From Vicugna vicugna (Eukaryota), in assembly GCA_013265495.1 (NCBI GenBank), contig MU058815.1, positions 318,523 through 382,522 of the forward strand: a stretch of 64,000 bases of DNA, in the 5' to 3' direction. The translations under genes and the position numbers were made by a program. The stretch's first letter is position 1. Each line of letters opens with the position of its first letter. Under the pieces are notes generated by a model, which was not told where the DNA came from, ran no database searches, and saw only the letters and a program-made list of their open reading frames with translations. Below, in pieces: positions 1 through 13,590 of this stretch.

Positions 1-890
1 CTGTCTGCCAGCGGGAGTAAAAGGTGGTACAACCCCCTTAGGACAAGGTCAGCACACACACAGCTGATAAGCTAGCACTTTGTCTCTAGGTATTTACTTA
101 ACAGAAACAAAAATGTATGTCCACGAAAGACTTGAATGAGACTCTCCAGAGCAGCTGGTTCATATCTGTCAAAAGACGCCATCTGCTTCGGTACCCCATC
201 AGCGGGAAAGCGGATACATCAACCGATCAGGTCACACAGTGGAACCCTACAGGGCAAGATGTGCGGACAGCACGGATGCCTCTGGAGAGCATCACGTCAA
301 GCGAAGGAGGCCAGGCATAAATGGCCAGATGCTCTAGGACTCCATACCTATGGAGTTCTAAAACACTACGGAACACTAACCTGTGGCAGGAAAAAATCAG
401 AACGGTGGTTGCCTGGGGAGGAGGGGAAGTGCCCAGGAAGCCTGATGGAAGTTTCCAGAGTGAGAGGAGCGTTCTGTCCCTAGAAAAGCATTTAGATGCC
501 AGACGTTTTTGCGTTTGCTGGACTTCATTAGTGGAATACTTAAGATCTGTGCATTTCATTGTACGTAAGTTTTAACAGAAAGAAGAATAGTGAAGCACAC
601 AGACACTGAACTCTTGTTAATGATGTCCATAATATTTCCAGACGACGTCATGTCTCATAATGATACGCAGACTATGTCAGGGTTAGCGTGCCAACGCCTG
701 CAACTTACTGTGAAATGAATCAGAAAAATAAGATGGGCTGATGAACGGAGACGGATGGAAAGACAGAGGAGCGAAGTACAACGTAAAGGAAGAGTCTCGT
801 GGGCAGGGATGCGGACGGGACATCCACTCTAAAATTCTTTCTGCTCTTCCACGTGTTTGAAATTTTCATAATAAAATGTTAGGGGGAAAA
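1..890 (+). mobile_element. Old L1 (L1MC/L1ME-like) ORF2 end and 3' UTR remnant
   Basis: ctaggtatttacttaacagaaacaaaaatgtatgtccac motif; terminal tttgaaattttcataataaaatgttagggggaaaa. Confidence 0.65.
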
Positions 891-1839
891 AATACCTTAA
901 AACACAAGGAAAGTGGTCCTTGATAGGACAATTCGATTTAGGTATCAATTTTCACCAAATTTATCGGAAAATTCATTGTACTTCTTAGTCAAAACACCAT
1001 CAGAATTTTTCAAGGGGATCAGTGTGCTCTTTAACAAGATACAATATGAATACCCGTATCATTACTGGTAATTACTGACAAATGACAGAAAAATTTTAAT
1101 TTCTACATGATCAAGAAATAAGATATAATCATTAGAAAGTCATTAAGAAACAGAAATTGACACAACACTGTAAACTGACTATACTTCAGTAAAATAAAAT
1201 AATTTTTGTAAAAGAAACAAACAATGTAAGAGTCATGAGCAAAGACAATAAAATCCCAGCTGACAAAGAGGAACCATCAGTCAAGAAGCACCCATCACGG
1301 GGCAAACCCTTCTGGTGACGGGGAAGGAAGAGCAACGCCGATGGTAACAGTTTTCCGCCTTCAGAGCAGCAGAAATGACCAGATCTGGAGCTCATCTTGG
1401 AAGATAAGGAGAAACAGGTCCTCATGCCGTGGCAGGGAAGTGACCGGCGCACACACCCCTGACAGGGGCGCATCCTGTATCCCTGTGTTCTATGCTTCAG
1501 AATCTCCCCTGGGGAAGCTGCTCACCGGTCTCGGGACACAAACAGGGTGGACGTGGGAAACAACAGAAATTCCACCAGACAGAGACTGAAAACACCCATC
1601 AGGGAAACTGAAAATACCCGGCAATCTGTTAGTTAAACATGTCAAACACAATAGAATTTATGTAAAAAAGCGAATAAAGGTGAGGCGCTGTGTCTCTCTG
1701 GGTGCACATGTGTAGAGAACAGCCCTGGCCCGGCACGCCCACGAGATGAGATGAGGGAGGCATCCCAGGGGCGCAGGTGGGTGAGTCTTCACTTTCCCGG
1801 GACTGCCCGAGTTATTTACAGGATTGCGTTGATTTGATC

Positions 1840-2060
1840 CGTAATTTAAAATGAGAAGAAAATAAATGTAAAAATATTTTAAAATTTTTATATAAAATTT
1901 AAGTCCGTAAATATATTTCATATTTATTCAACAAATTGCATTATAATTACATATAAATTACGTGCATGTTTTAAACATATGTTCATAGTATATAACATTT
2001 ATATAAATAGACTACGTAAGATATAAATATAAAGGGAAATTGAATAAGAATTCAACTTTC
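1840..2060. repeat. AT-rich low-complexity tract
   Basis: Near-pure A/T sequence with TA runs. Confidence 0.7.
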
Positions 2061-2996
2061 GAAATAACATATCTTTTCCAAGGCTTCCTAGATGTGCCCA
2101 TGATGCAAAATTTTCTTTCCTCACTCTATGAATGATTATTAAGGAGAAATGCTTTGGCACTACTGCTCAGCCCAGAATGTTCTAAAAAAAAAAATCTGTC
2201 TTCCGCGAGTGGCACCTGCTGTAATGAGCTAAGAGGGGTCCCTGGCCGCCCCTCACCCCAATGGCCAGTGTTTGCAAGGCGGCAGGGGGACACGAATAAG
2301 CGCTTGGCTAACAGACACAGCGTCTGGGCAACTGCTCAGAACCCTCGGGGGTGAAGCCGCGGCTCTCCGATGTGCTTGCGCAGGGAACGAAGAATCCAAG
2401 AGCCGCTGCTAAGCTCAGGGACTGGGAAGAGTGATTCTCCTGCACATGGTGACGTGACGGGTGAGGTCCAGAGGAGAAAAGACCTGGCACCAGAAACAGC
2501 AATGAGAGGCCCGAGTTCACAGCCAGAACACAGCCATGGCTCAGTGAAGACCCAGGAACCAGGCTCTGAGCCTCAGTCTCCACGTCTCTGAAGTGGGTCT
2601 GAGACCCCGCCTACGGTGGAGGGGGCCCCGAGGCCTGATGGGCACACATCTCATAGACCACAGCTGGCAGTGTGGTTACGGGTGGTGCTGCTCCCCGTTT
2701 CCAAATGTGCTTGGGACACCAGCGTCCTGGCGGGTCCCCGATCTGTGCGCTTCCACGGCCTCCAGCTGCCTGTAAGGTCGCGATCGCTGAAAGGAACTAA
2801 AGCAATGTTTGTTTTTACGACATTGGTTCCTAACAGTTTCCCAGCCAAAAGCAAGCACATTGCCATCCTTGTGTGAAGTCCAGCCAACTTCCAGCAAATT
2901 CACCAAACACATGTGTTTGCCGGGTTAAAGTCTGGATTCTTACATAACGGAAGCCCACAGAGATGAGAAAATGGTTTGAGGAAAGCAGATACTTAC

Positions 2997-3027
2997 TGAA
3001 AGTTATGATTTGGGCTGTGTGTTGGAC
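2997..3027 (-). CDS. ROR2: ROR2 coding micro-exon 4 (31 nt, phase 1-2): (G)PTHSPNHNF(Q)
   Basis: Acceptor ttttttttttccttttag, exon GTCCAACACACAGCCCAAATCATAACTTTCA, donor gtaagt; continues VRLG into PTHSPNHNFQ as recalled for ROR2. Confidence 0.95.
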
Positions 3028-3429
3028 CTAAAAGGAAAAAAAAAAGACAAGTTATTAATACTTCAGGATTTGGAATAAATTTTTTTTTCCAATCCAGCCA
3101 GTGGTAAAGGCGACCACAGCCCTGGGTGCTCATTTGTGGTGAGTGTCCTCGGCCTCTGGCTCTACCCAAGATTACACGCCACGGATGGCGAAAACCACCG
3201 AGGTGGGGAGGGCTGCTCTGTTCATGCAGAAACGTTTGGAGATATTTTCAGAGCTTTTGCTGTCTTTTCTCCCTCTCTTCTCATCTAAACTTGATTCACA
3301 AGATGTGTCGCTAACTGGTGACAGAATGGCCGGGGCATAGTGGGGACCTCCTCGGAGCTGGGATGACAGGGTATACATAGTCTGTTTAACTGCTTCACCT
3401 GCGACGAGCACGAGGGCACAGAGCTGTCA

Positions 3430-4170
<741 letters not shown>

Positions 4171-4589
4171 TCTGACGCAGGTGTGGCCCAGACCTGTTAT
4201 GGGGGGGTATGTTCTGGAATGTTCCTGAGAACACTGAGAGAGCAGACACAGAACCACTGCTCCCGGGGGGGAAACACAGGCTTAGGCTCCTGTGAGCCTC
4301 TGATCGCTGCGTTCTCATCAGCAGACCCAGTAGCTAACTTTGCTTTACTGTGTTTCTGTTTAAAGACACCTTATGTACTGCGCATTGTTGATTCATTCAT
4401 GCTGAGCTCACGGCCAGCAGCACGAACACACACGCTGTCTCCAGGAGGCACCTCACAGCCTCCTTGCGCTCAGGACACCGGACAGCACTTCAGCACTGGG
4501 GGCATTTTTAATGGCAGATGACCCACAAAAAGCCCCAAAATGCAAAAAAACAGGGGACCAAACAGACCACAAAGAAGACATGTGTCTAC

Positions 4590-4799
4590 AGTATGAGTTG
4601 AGACATTAGGCAGTGGCTCCTCTTTCAAGCTCAGCTGGGAACGTGTGCATGGGGCAATTCCAAATTTTCTCTGCTCTGAGAATGCCTGGGAATGACCACA
4701 AGGGTGCCTTGAGGGTTGATCTGGGGGTCACAAATACATTTTAGGTGGTCAGCAAACGTGCAAAGATGGACTCTGCCAGTCAGGAGGATCAACTTTACT
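4590..4799. mobile_element. Tigger-derived MER46C-like DNA transposon relic
   Basis: aaattttctctgctctgagaatg...gatctgggggtcacaaatacatttt...gaggatcaacttta resembles recalled MER46C end. Confidence 0.5.
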
Positions 4800-7190
4800 T
4801 CTCTTTGCAAGCACTACATCTACGCTAACCTCGCTAATTTAGGATGTAAACTCGCGCTCAGGAAGCTCCACTCTCCCTCCCACCACACCATCGAGCACAA
4901 AGCCACAATTAGGAAAGTGGAATGAGAAAGCGTGTGACCAGGGACATTGTCAAAAACGACCTGAACAGAACAAAAAGAATCAGGCTGAGGGCTGCTGGAG
5001 GCTCCGTCCCACCGCACTCAGAAGCCACCCAGAACTCGTCAGCGGGGAGCAGGGCTTAAAAGTCCCTGAAATGCACAGTAAGTCGGGCTGGAAACGCTGC
5101 CCTGGAATGGAGGGGGGGTCCCAGTTCACCCTTGGGCAGGAGACCTCAGCTGGTGACACAGGCCGTGGGAAACAAGAGGAAGTGAGACAGACAGTGGGGG
5201 AGTGGGGCGTGTGTGTGTGTGTGCAGGTCAGGGGCCGAGGGGCTCCTCTCTATCAAAATAAACATGCACGCTAAAAATTCCGTAATACAGAAAAACAAAA
5301 ACAAAACTCAGGCTGGACAGAAAAGACAAATCACTCATCAGGAGATACGCTCCCTGCAGACAAAGCTAAGATAATAAAGCCAGCTGAAAAATGACTGTAG
5401 ATTCACATTCTGAATCTTTTTGGCCTGAGTTCTGGTGGGTCCCTATTCTTTTTTATTTTTTCCTTTCTTTTTTAATGAAGTGAACAATTGAACAGTGGCA
5501 TTTATCTCTTATGACTGCTTTAATGGGATAAAAAATTACAGGATTTCTAGTGGATCTGGGGGGTAAGTTTCACCGCATGGGGGACGGCTCCCAGCTGTTG
5601 GGTGGCAGGAGGTGGGAGGTTGGGAATTTCAAGACGAAGGGACAGTTTTTCTTTACGAGAGAGAGTGGAGAGGTATCTGTCGAGAGAGGTATCACTAATT
5701 ATTACTGATTTCAATTTCTGATTATTATGAGCAACATCATTAGGTTCTATCTTGATTCTCCCCTTGCCAACCCCTTCCTCCAGGATCCGAATTAAGTGAT
5801 AAAGAGAATTCTCACCGATGACGCAAAGCTGGAAGGTAACTGTAATCGCAATGACAAACCTCTGAAAAGAGGCTGAATCAAGCACGGGGACATTCTGGAC
5901 TTTCGGGGCCGTTCACTCACCGCACAAGCTCAGCCCGGGGAGACCAGAATTCCCGAGGCCCCTGACCTTGGCCCTGCAGCTTTGAAAACAAAGTGAAATT
6001 GGATTTGACCGTCTGAAGCAGTGACTTTGGCATAATCTGGGCTGCCCAGGTGACCTCCAGCACGTGGCTTCACTGCATTCTGGCCAGAGCCCCAGCGCTT
6101 GCTAGCTGCTTAAGACTCAAATGTTTTATTCAGATCTCGTAACACTAAATGCACAGTAGGGTGTATAAAATCGCCATCAAACTGTAACTTAAAACAGCAA
6201 GTGACATCTCAGATGAAAGTCACCATGATCTCTTCTTCTCGGCAAACGTTTAATTAAAATTCTCTCATCCCTACACGGATGACAGTGTTTTCCAAAGTCC
6301 TCTGACAAACCGTGGCTTCCCAGGAGACACAGGCAACAGCTTGGTGTAAAGGTAAAAATGTGAGGGCCTAGGTCTCTGAGCCGATGAGCAAAAATCTAAA
6401 AGGACAGGCCTAGGGGTCCTGAGGGCCAGGACAGCGCGGTTGCGGCTGGCTTTTATGTCATCCGTTTGGGGGGACTGGCTTAAATGTCGTTCTGCCACCA
6501 CCTCCCTGCATTTTGGGGGCATGTGCATACATCAGCTCAGGGCATCTCCGCTGGTCACTTACACAGTTTGAAAGATACAGAGGGATCTTCTTCAACATGG
6601 AAAAAACATTTGTCTAGAGAGGGAAGAAACAGAGGGAAGCACTCAGAGGAGAAGGTTAAGGAGATGGTTCCTTTTGTACAACTTAGAAGGGAACCTGGGG
6701 ACAGTTCAGGACTGTCCAGTTGCTCTAAACATAGACCCTCAGTGTTAACTTCTTTTTAAGAACATCTTTTTTTTTTTAACATCAAATGGAAACGTGGAAT
6801 TCTTCCCCACTGTTCCGTCAACAGCTTCTCCTATACCCTTGATGGACAAGTTGACAGTGGTTTAGACTGAGTCTCTGTGTCCCACTCCCCTCCCCCAGGA
6901 AGGCGCCCTTTGGAGAAACACAGAACACAGAACGGTCTGCCCTTCACATGGGCACAGAGAACGTGGTGTCAGCCCCACCCCATCGGGTGGGGCGCTGTGA
7001 AACCACCTCCTCGAGTCAGAATTAGGCCTAATTTAGCAACGGTGCCAGTATTTCCGTTTTCGATGCTTCAGCAATACTGGCTAATGAGGACTGAAGAAGC
7101 CCACGTGTGCTGGGATTGAGCTGATTTAATCATCGCACCGCTCTTGGCTGGATCTGGTTTTTTTTGTTTTTTTTTTTGGCTGGATCTGTT

Positions 7191-7365
7191 TATATGAAAT
7201 ATCCAGAATGGGTAAATTCAGAGACAGAAAACAAATTAGTGTTCTGTAGTTGCCAGAGGCTGGGAGGAGGAGAAATTATGGAGTAACTCTTTGTGGGTTT
7301 GGGGTCTCCCTCTGGGGTGATGGAACTGTCTAGAACTAGAGAGAAGTGATGGCTGCACAACATTA
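7191..7365 (+). mobile_element. L1MB-like 3' UTR fragment
   Basis: tatatgaaatatccagaatgggtaaattcagagacagaaa...ggggtgatggaactgtctagaactag. Confidence 0.7.
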
Positions 7366-7729
7366 CAAATGTAGTTTTGGGGTCAGGAAATGCCCCCTGC
7401 AGAGGGGTGGGCAGGTGAGACCAGGTGAACAAGCCAGGTAAAAGCAGGTGGAGGTGGCCGGCAAAGGGGAGGGGGGCCACTCCATGGAAAGCATCCTTCC
7501 CAGGGTGCTGGCCGCCACCCGCAGCCTTGCTGAGATCCTGGCGTCAAGCCTTCCACTGGTCTCCTCTGAGCCTGGGGGGCCCAGTTTATCCGTATCCCCT
7601 TTCCTTCTCAACCAGATTGAACCCTCATCCCTGAAGTCACACCTTCCTCAGTTTATAGACTACAAAGAAGAATCTAGTGATCTGGCCCACATGTGGAGTT
7701 CTTGCCAAGTCTTCTCGATCTTACACCAT

Positions 7730-7875
7730 CTAAACCTGTGGGGTTCAACCATGTCTTCACATGGGGGTCACCTGGAAACTTATAAAAATAATCTACCTGC
7801 ATCCCATGGCAATTAAGTGCCTGGGAATTTGTCTAAAGCTCTAAGTGTGCAGCCCAGACCAAGAAGCCCTGCTCT
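7730..7875. mobile_element. MER5-like hAT-Charlie relic
   Basis: gtcacctggaaacttataaaaata...gtgcagcccagaccaagaagccctgctct; degenerate. Confidence 0.35.
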
Positions 7876-8773
7876 GAAGGGCTGAGGAGGAAGAAAAGCC
7901 ACCGTCCCAGTGAACCAAACCCACCCAGGAATGAACTCAGCGCAGACGAGAGCCAGCACGGAGCGGCACTGCTGCAGGGAACGCGAGGACTGGAAACAGT
8001 GCTCCCAGGTGGCCAGCACCTGCACCTGGGGCGGTTCCCGGAGGATGCTAATGCCTCCGAAAGGCCTGTCCAGCTGGGGATGGACAAAAGGGCAGATCTC
8101 CACGGAGGACACCCACATCCCCACCCAAGCCTCGGATCAGCCTCCTCCAAGCTCTCCTGGAAGTTCAGAGAGACCAAACCATGGATCAATGACATGGTAA
8201 TTTCACAAATTCATAGCTCCCTCCCCAGGCAGGTGAGTAACGCTGAGCCTTCAAGAAGAAACCAGAAGGCAGATAATGAAGAAACGCTGATTTATACCCA
8301 TGGTATCAAGGCTTCTAGAACTTTCTGTCCCTTCCCACACTCTCCCCTACCAGATGGAGGGTTCCCTTGCTCTTCCTAAAACACACCCAACCAATCCCTC
8401 ATTGTGCAGTCAGCCAAGAACCCCCTGTCCTCAGATCTTTGCTATTTCTCAAGGGTCAGTTCTCTGCTGGAAGGTCCCGTCCACAGAGAGCGTTCCTCCG
8501 GCGGCCCCCTCTGTTCATTTCCAACCTTGCCCCCACCCCACTGGTCTTGGCCTGTTGCTATGGTGACATCACACCTGTTAAATCATGATGCAGATCTGAG
8601 ATACATTTTGACATCAAGAATAACAAATGTTACTTGGGGGGCAAGTTTCTCGATTTCATGGCTCTCTCTGTTCCAGATTCAATTTAGAATCATCCTGAGA
8701 AGTTCCACTTAAAAATAGGATGTTGATGGAGAGACAACTGCATTTATTATAGGAAAATGATTAGATTTCCACA

Positions 8774-9259
8774 TGTACTAACTTCCTATTGCTGCTGCAC
8801 ATTACATTACATTACATTACATTACATTAATACACACATTAGCACAAACCGACAACACAAATGTACCATCATACAATTCTGCAGGTCCAAAGTCTAAAAA
8901 TCAAGATGTTGGCAGAGCTGCATTCCTTCTGGAGGCTCTGGGACAGCCTCTTTCCCTGCCTTACCCAGCTTCTGGAGGTCACCTCCATGCCCTGGCTCCT
9001 GGCCCCTTCCTTGTATCACCCCAACCTCTGCTTCCATCATCACATCTCCAATGAGTGTCTCTGACCCTCCTGTCTCTCTCTTACAAAGACCTCTGTGATT
9101 ACACTGGCCCAGCTGGATGATCCAGGATCACTTCCCATCGCAAAATCCTGAACTCGGTCCCATCTGCAAAGTCACCTGGGCCATCAGAGGTAACATGGTC
9201 CCAGGTTCCAGGAATTAGGATGTGGACGTTGTTGGGAGGCCATTATTCTGTCCACCACG
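8774..9259 (-). mobile_element. MaLR solo LTR (MLT1C/D/E-like) with an internal (ACATT)n run
   Basis: tgtactaacttcctattgctgctg...atcaagatgttggcagagctgcattccttctggaggctct...ggaggccattattctgtccaccac. Confidence 0.8.
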
Positions 9260-9446
9260 TATAGTCTTCTTCTATCTCGCCACCTTCCTGAACTACCTGA
9301 GTTATAACAGTTTCTGAATCGACTGCCTTAGATTTCCTACTTACATATCATTTTCTTCAAATAATAATAATATAGCCTTTTTGCTTCTAAAGTTCATACT
9401 GCTCATAGACAGTAGGAGATCTTGCCTCCTGTTCAACATTACTTTT

Positions 9447-9601
9447 TAAACATTTTACTTATTTATTATTGTATTTAATAATTTTATTTGAAGGGGAAGG
9501 TAATTAGGTTTATTTATTTTTAGAGGAGGGACTGGGGATTGAACCCAGGACCTCGTGCATGCCAAGCATGCGCTCTACAACTTGAGCTATATACCCTCTC
9601 C
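9447..9601 (-). mobile_element. tRNA-Ala-derived SINE (camelid Vic-1 type)
   Basis: Minus-strand tRNA-like head with A/B boxes, AT-rich tail; TSD tcaacatta(c/t)tttt at 9433-9446 and 9602-9615. Confidence 0.9.
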
Positions 9602-9899
9602 TCAACATTATTTTTGAGCTAACCATTCTTAATTCTGAAATGCTGCAAACACAGAGAACAATACAGATATTAACATAGTAATACTCATGTACACAACGTG
9701 AAGATTTTATGCACCGTTTTATGGCTACTAAGATTGTGCTGGTGTGTTTCCAGCAACAATAGGAAATTAGAATAACATGCCGAAATCTAATAGTTTGCCT
9801 ATAATAAATGCAGTTTTATCTCCACCAACATCCCAATTTTTAAATGGAGCTGATCAAGATGAGTCTAAATCGAATTTATTTTTATTTTAGCCTCAACAG

Positions 9900-10320
9900 G
9901 CCTCAGTGCCATTCCCAACATCTGAAGACGCATGCCTTCCATCAGTTCTGTAAAATTCTCTGCCAGTATCCCATGTGATGTTTTATTTCTCCCTTCCCCT
10001 TTACTTCTCCTCTGTAATGTCTTCTCTAGATTATGCTGAATTCCCTTAATGTGATTCCTCGGTGTTCTTCACCTACCTTCGTCTTTTCTATTCTTTTTTT
10101 TAATCTTTACCTATGCACCATCTACTGTCAATTAAGTTTCTCATTTTATCTACTACATTTTTTCATTTCTAGAGGATCTCCAGATCATTATCAAACCCAC
10201 CCCAGCCTTTTCTTCCTTTATCTTTAATCCTTCTGGCTTCACTGTTTACTAACTCCTCACTCACCCTGGGCCTCTCTGAGTGTAGTCTGCAATTTTTCAC
10301 TGTGGGGCTGAGTTTTCTGT
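9900..10320 (-). mobile_element. Ancient L1/HAL1 ORF1-like remnant
   Basis: Pyrimidine-rich; ttccatcagttctgtaaaattctctgccagtat motif typical of antisense ORF1. Confidence 0.4.
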
Positions 10321-11675
10321 GGGGATCCCTTGAGGACTGGGTCCCTGCAACAGGCAGTGCCAAGTTTTCAGGGGAACTCCTGGGCCTGGGACTCCCCCAC
10401 GACGTTGCAGTCCTGTATTTGGTTTCCTGAGGCGTGGGTCCAAGTCTGAGTTCTCATGGGAACGCCTCCTCTCCTGCACCTCAAGCCGGGGCTGAGGGGA
10501 GCCCTCTCTTCCCACCCTTCTGGGCTCCTGAGTGAGAAATCACCCCTTACTTAGGTCCCCTTAGCCATGGCGGTTTATCCACAACCCCTCAGCCCTCTGC
10601 CCCACGGGTGGCCTTCTCGCTCGATACTGAAACCCAAGGCCCCTGTTGCAACTGGTCAGAATAGTTCCTGCAGCAGAGATGCTGTTTCATTGGCCTTCTA
10701 TTAAGGCATAAGAAATGCAGATTCCTTCATTTTCCTAAAGCCAAACTTGAGTTTTGTCTCAACCCCTGATTTCTCCTGGTGGAAGGAAATGCAATACACC
10801 CCATTCCCCGTGAAATCAGTAACTTGCGACTATTCATTTCATTCCACGCGATCTCAAAGCCAGGATTTTCTGCCTCTGGGTAGGATACTCCAGCCTCAGA
10901 GCGCTGGAGGAGACGACGCGTCTGCAGCTGCCCTCTGCCCGCACCCACTGTGGCCGAGGTGCCCCCGTCTTACTGGTGTTCCTTCGACCCTGGAGGCGGT
11001 GGATGCATCCACACCTGCTCCCACGGCCACGTGGTGACACTGTGGCCTCTCACTGCCGGAGAGCTCAAGTCATGACCACATGGCACCTGCAGAATCCAAC
11101 TCTTTGTCTCAGATAGAGCTTTTCCCAGGAAAAGTGGGCCGTTCTCCAAGGTTGCAAACAGAGGGGAACCACCTCGGTGGTTCCTGCCCCGGAAACCCAG
11201 GGCCACCACAATTCTGTTTTCTTCCTATTCGTGGCTCCTGGGCAGTTCTAAACCATCTCTCTTGCAAATTCATCTAAGCATTTACATCTTTTACTAATAC
11301 TGTACTGAGCACTTGTATGTAATTTAAGTGGGAAGGTGGCCAAGCTAAGGCTAGTCCACCATCATAACCATCATTAGTTCTCTAGAGGCCAAAAGCAAAG
11401 TGGAAAGAAAGTTCTCCGAAGGTGAAGCGCAATGTTGCTGTTTCCCTCGGGGTTTAATTCACAGCCAGCTGTTTAACCTCGCAGCTTCATTTCCTTTATG
11501 TGTGAAATGTGGTTGGTACGTGCTGTTGCTAAACTCCCCTCTAGCTCACAAAGGCTTCCTTTAGGGCTGCTCCACCCTCTCCAGACACGACTCATGGGAG
11601 CTGGGCACAGGCGACTGAGAGCTCGGCTACCGTGGATCCAGCCAGCACTCAAGGGAGAACAGAAGTCTTTCCTTT

Positions 11676-12390
11676 CAGAACCTCCTAAGCTGTTGGTGGG
11701 AATGTAGTTCGGTGCAGCCTCTATGGAGGACGGTATGGGGATTCCTTGAAAAAAACTACAAACAGAGTTACCATAGGATCTAGCAATCCCCCTACTGGGC
11801 ATATATCTGAAGAAAACTCTAGTTTGAAAAGATGCATGCACCCCAATGTTCAGAACAGCACTATTTACAACAGCCAAGACAAGGAAGCAGCCGACATGTC
11901 TATCAACAGATGACTGGAAAAAGTGGTGGTGTACACACACACACACACACACATACAGTGGAATATTACTAACCATAAAAAAGGAACATGGATGAACCTA
12001 GTAATTATCGTACTATGTGAAGTAAGTCAGACAGTGAAAGACAAACATCATGTGGTATCACTTATATGTGGACTCTAAAAACAAATGACACAAATGAACT
12101 TATTTACAAAACAGAAAGAGGCTCATAGACATAGAAAACAAACTTACGGTAACCAAAGGGGAAAGGGAGGCAGGGATAAATTAGGAGTCTGGGATTAGCA
12201 GATACAAACTACTATACATAAAATAGATAAATAACAAGGTCCTACTGTAAAGCACAGGAAACTATATTCACTAGCTTGTAATAACTTATAATGAAAAAAT
12301 ACATATTCATATATGTATATATATGAATCACTATGCTGTACACCAGAAACTAACACAGCATTGTAAATCCACTGTGCTTCAATTAAAAAG
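11676..12390 (+). mobile_element. 5'-truncated young L1 (ORF2 C-terminus plus 3' UTR) with internal (CA)n
   Basis: tgttggtgggaatgtagttcggtgcagcc...gatctagcaatcccc...cttcaattaaaa; TSD agaagtctt(t/c)ccttt at 11661-11675 and 12391-12405. Confidence 0.92.
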
Positions 12391-13183
12391 AGAAGTCTTC
12401 CCTTTTGATTATCCAAGAGGGCCTCCCCTTCCTCACAGCGGGGTAACTTTAACGACTGATGCTAATGGATTCCATCTCTCCAGTGTCCGGGCCAGCTCTC
12501 TGCCCGCCTCTAACTCTGGAGAGTGGAGCTCAGTCCAAGTATGAAAACACACCAAGGTAGAGGTAACAGGAGACCCCGTCTCCAGGGGACTTCACTTCTG
12601 CCCCCACAGTCAGGTCAATGATTAATGGTTTTTCCCCCCAACTGACCGTCCGCATAGTCACCAACTGGGTCAAATGACTAAGGTGTCTGAGCATCTGCGT
12701 GCTGACCAGGTCACACTGACTGCCCTGGGAAGGAGATAAGGAAAGCCGTATGGGCTAGGGTCACGAGGTCACAGGGCTTTGACTGCTGGGAAATAAAACC
12801 ACCTGCCTGGAAGGGCAGGTGACAAGGGGACCCTGAGAGGCCCGCAGAGGACACAAAGCTGCTCTTCCCAGAAGGAAGTATTTACAGGCCAATAAATCAG
12901 TCGGGGTGGTGGCAGTGGGTCCCTCCCGCTCAGACTTTCCCGCTGAGCTGCCTAGTGGTCTGTGCTGAGCCAGCTGCAGGAAGGAGCGGGGTGGGCGGGG
13001 CTCCCTGGGGTGGGGCAGGTGGGCGGAGCCTACCAGGGGGAGGAGCACCAGGGTCAGAAAACGGTGTGAGATTAGAAAGGACGGGAATCAGAAAATGAGG
13101 AAAACCGAGGAGGGGGGATGAAACGAAAGGACCTGAGAGATGGAGAAAAGTAGAGTGTTCGCACACTTGAAGAAGAAGAGGGT

Positions 13184-13590
13184 ATTGTGGGGTGAGCGTC
13201 CCCCAGTGAGATGTGTCGGAAGCTGTGACTGTGACCTTCCTTGGAAAGAGGGTCATTCCGATGTAATCAAATTGAGATGAGGTCATATGGGGGGGGCAGA
13301 TCAAGCAGCTGGCGTCCTTATACGAGGGACATTTGGACGCAGACACAGAGGAGATCACGAGAAAACAGGCAGAGGCTGGAGGCACGCGGCCACAGGCCCA
13401 GGGACTCCACGGATTCCGGGCGACACCAGAGGCTCAGAGGGACACGGGACGACTTCTCCCTCACAGTCTCCAGAAGGCACTCATCCTGCCGACAGCTGGG
13501 TTTTGGACGTCTGGCCTCCACAAGTGTGAGAATAAATTGCTGTTTTCTCAGGCCCCCAGACTGTGGTGCTTTGTCAGGACAGCCCTTGGA
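13184..13590 (+). mobile_element. MaLR LTR (MLT1C-like)
   Basis: gtgaccttccttggaaagagggtc...gagatgaggtcat...ctggcctccacaagtgtgagaataaattgctgttttc. Confidence 0.8.

Noticed and set aside
6745..6783. aacatc-T11-aacatc as another poly(A) insertion
   Set aside because: 6-bp flanking repeat is too short to distinguish from chance
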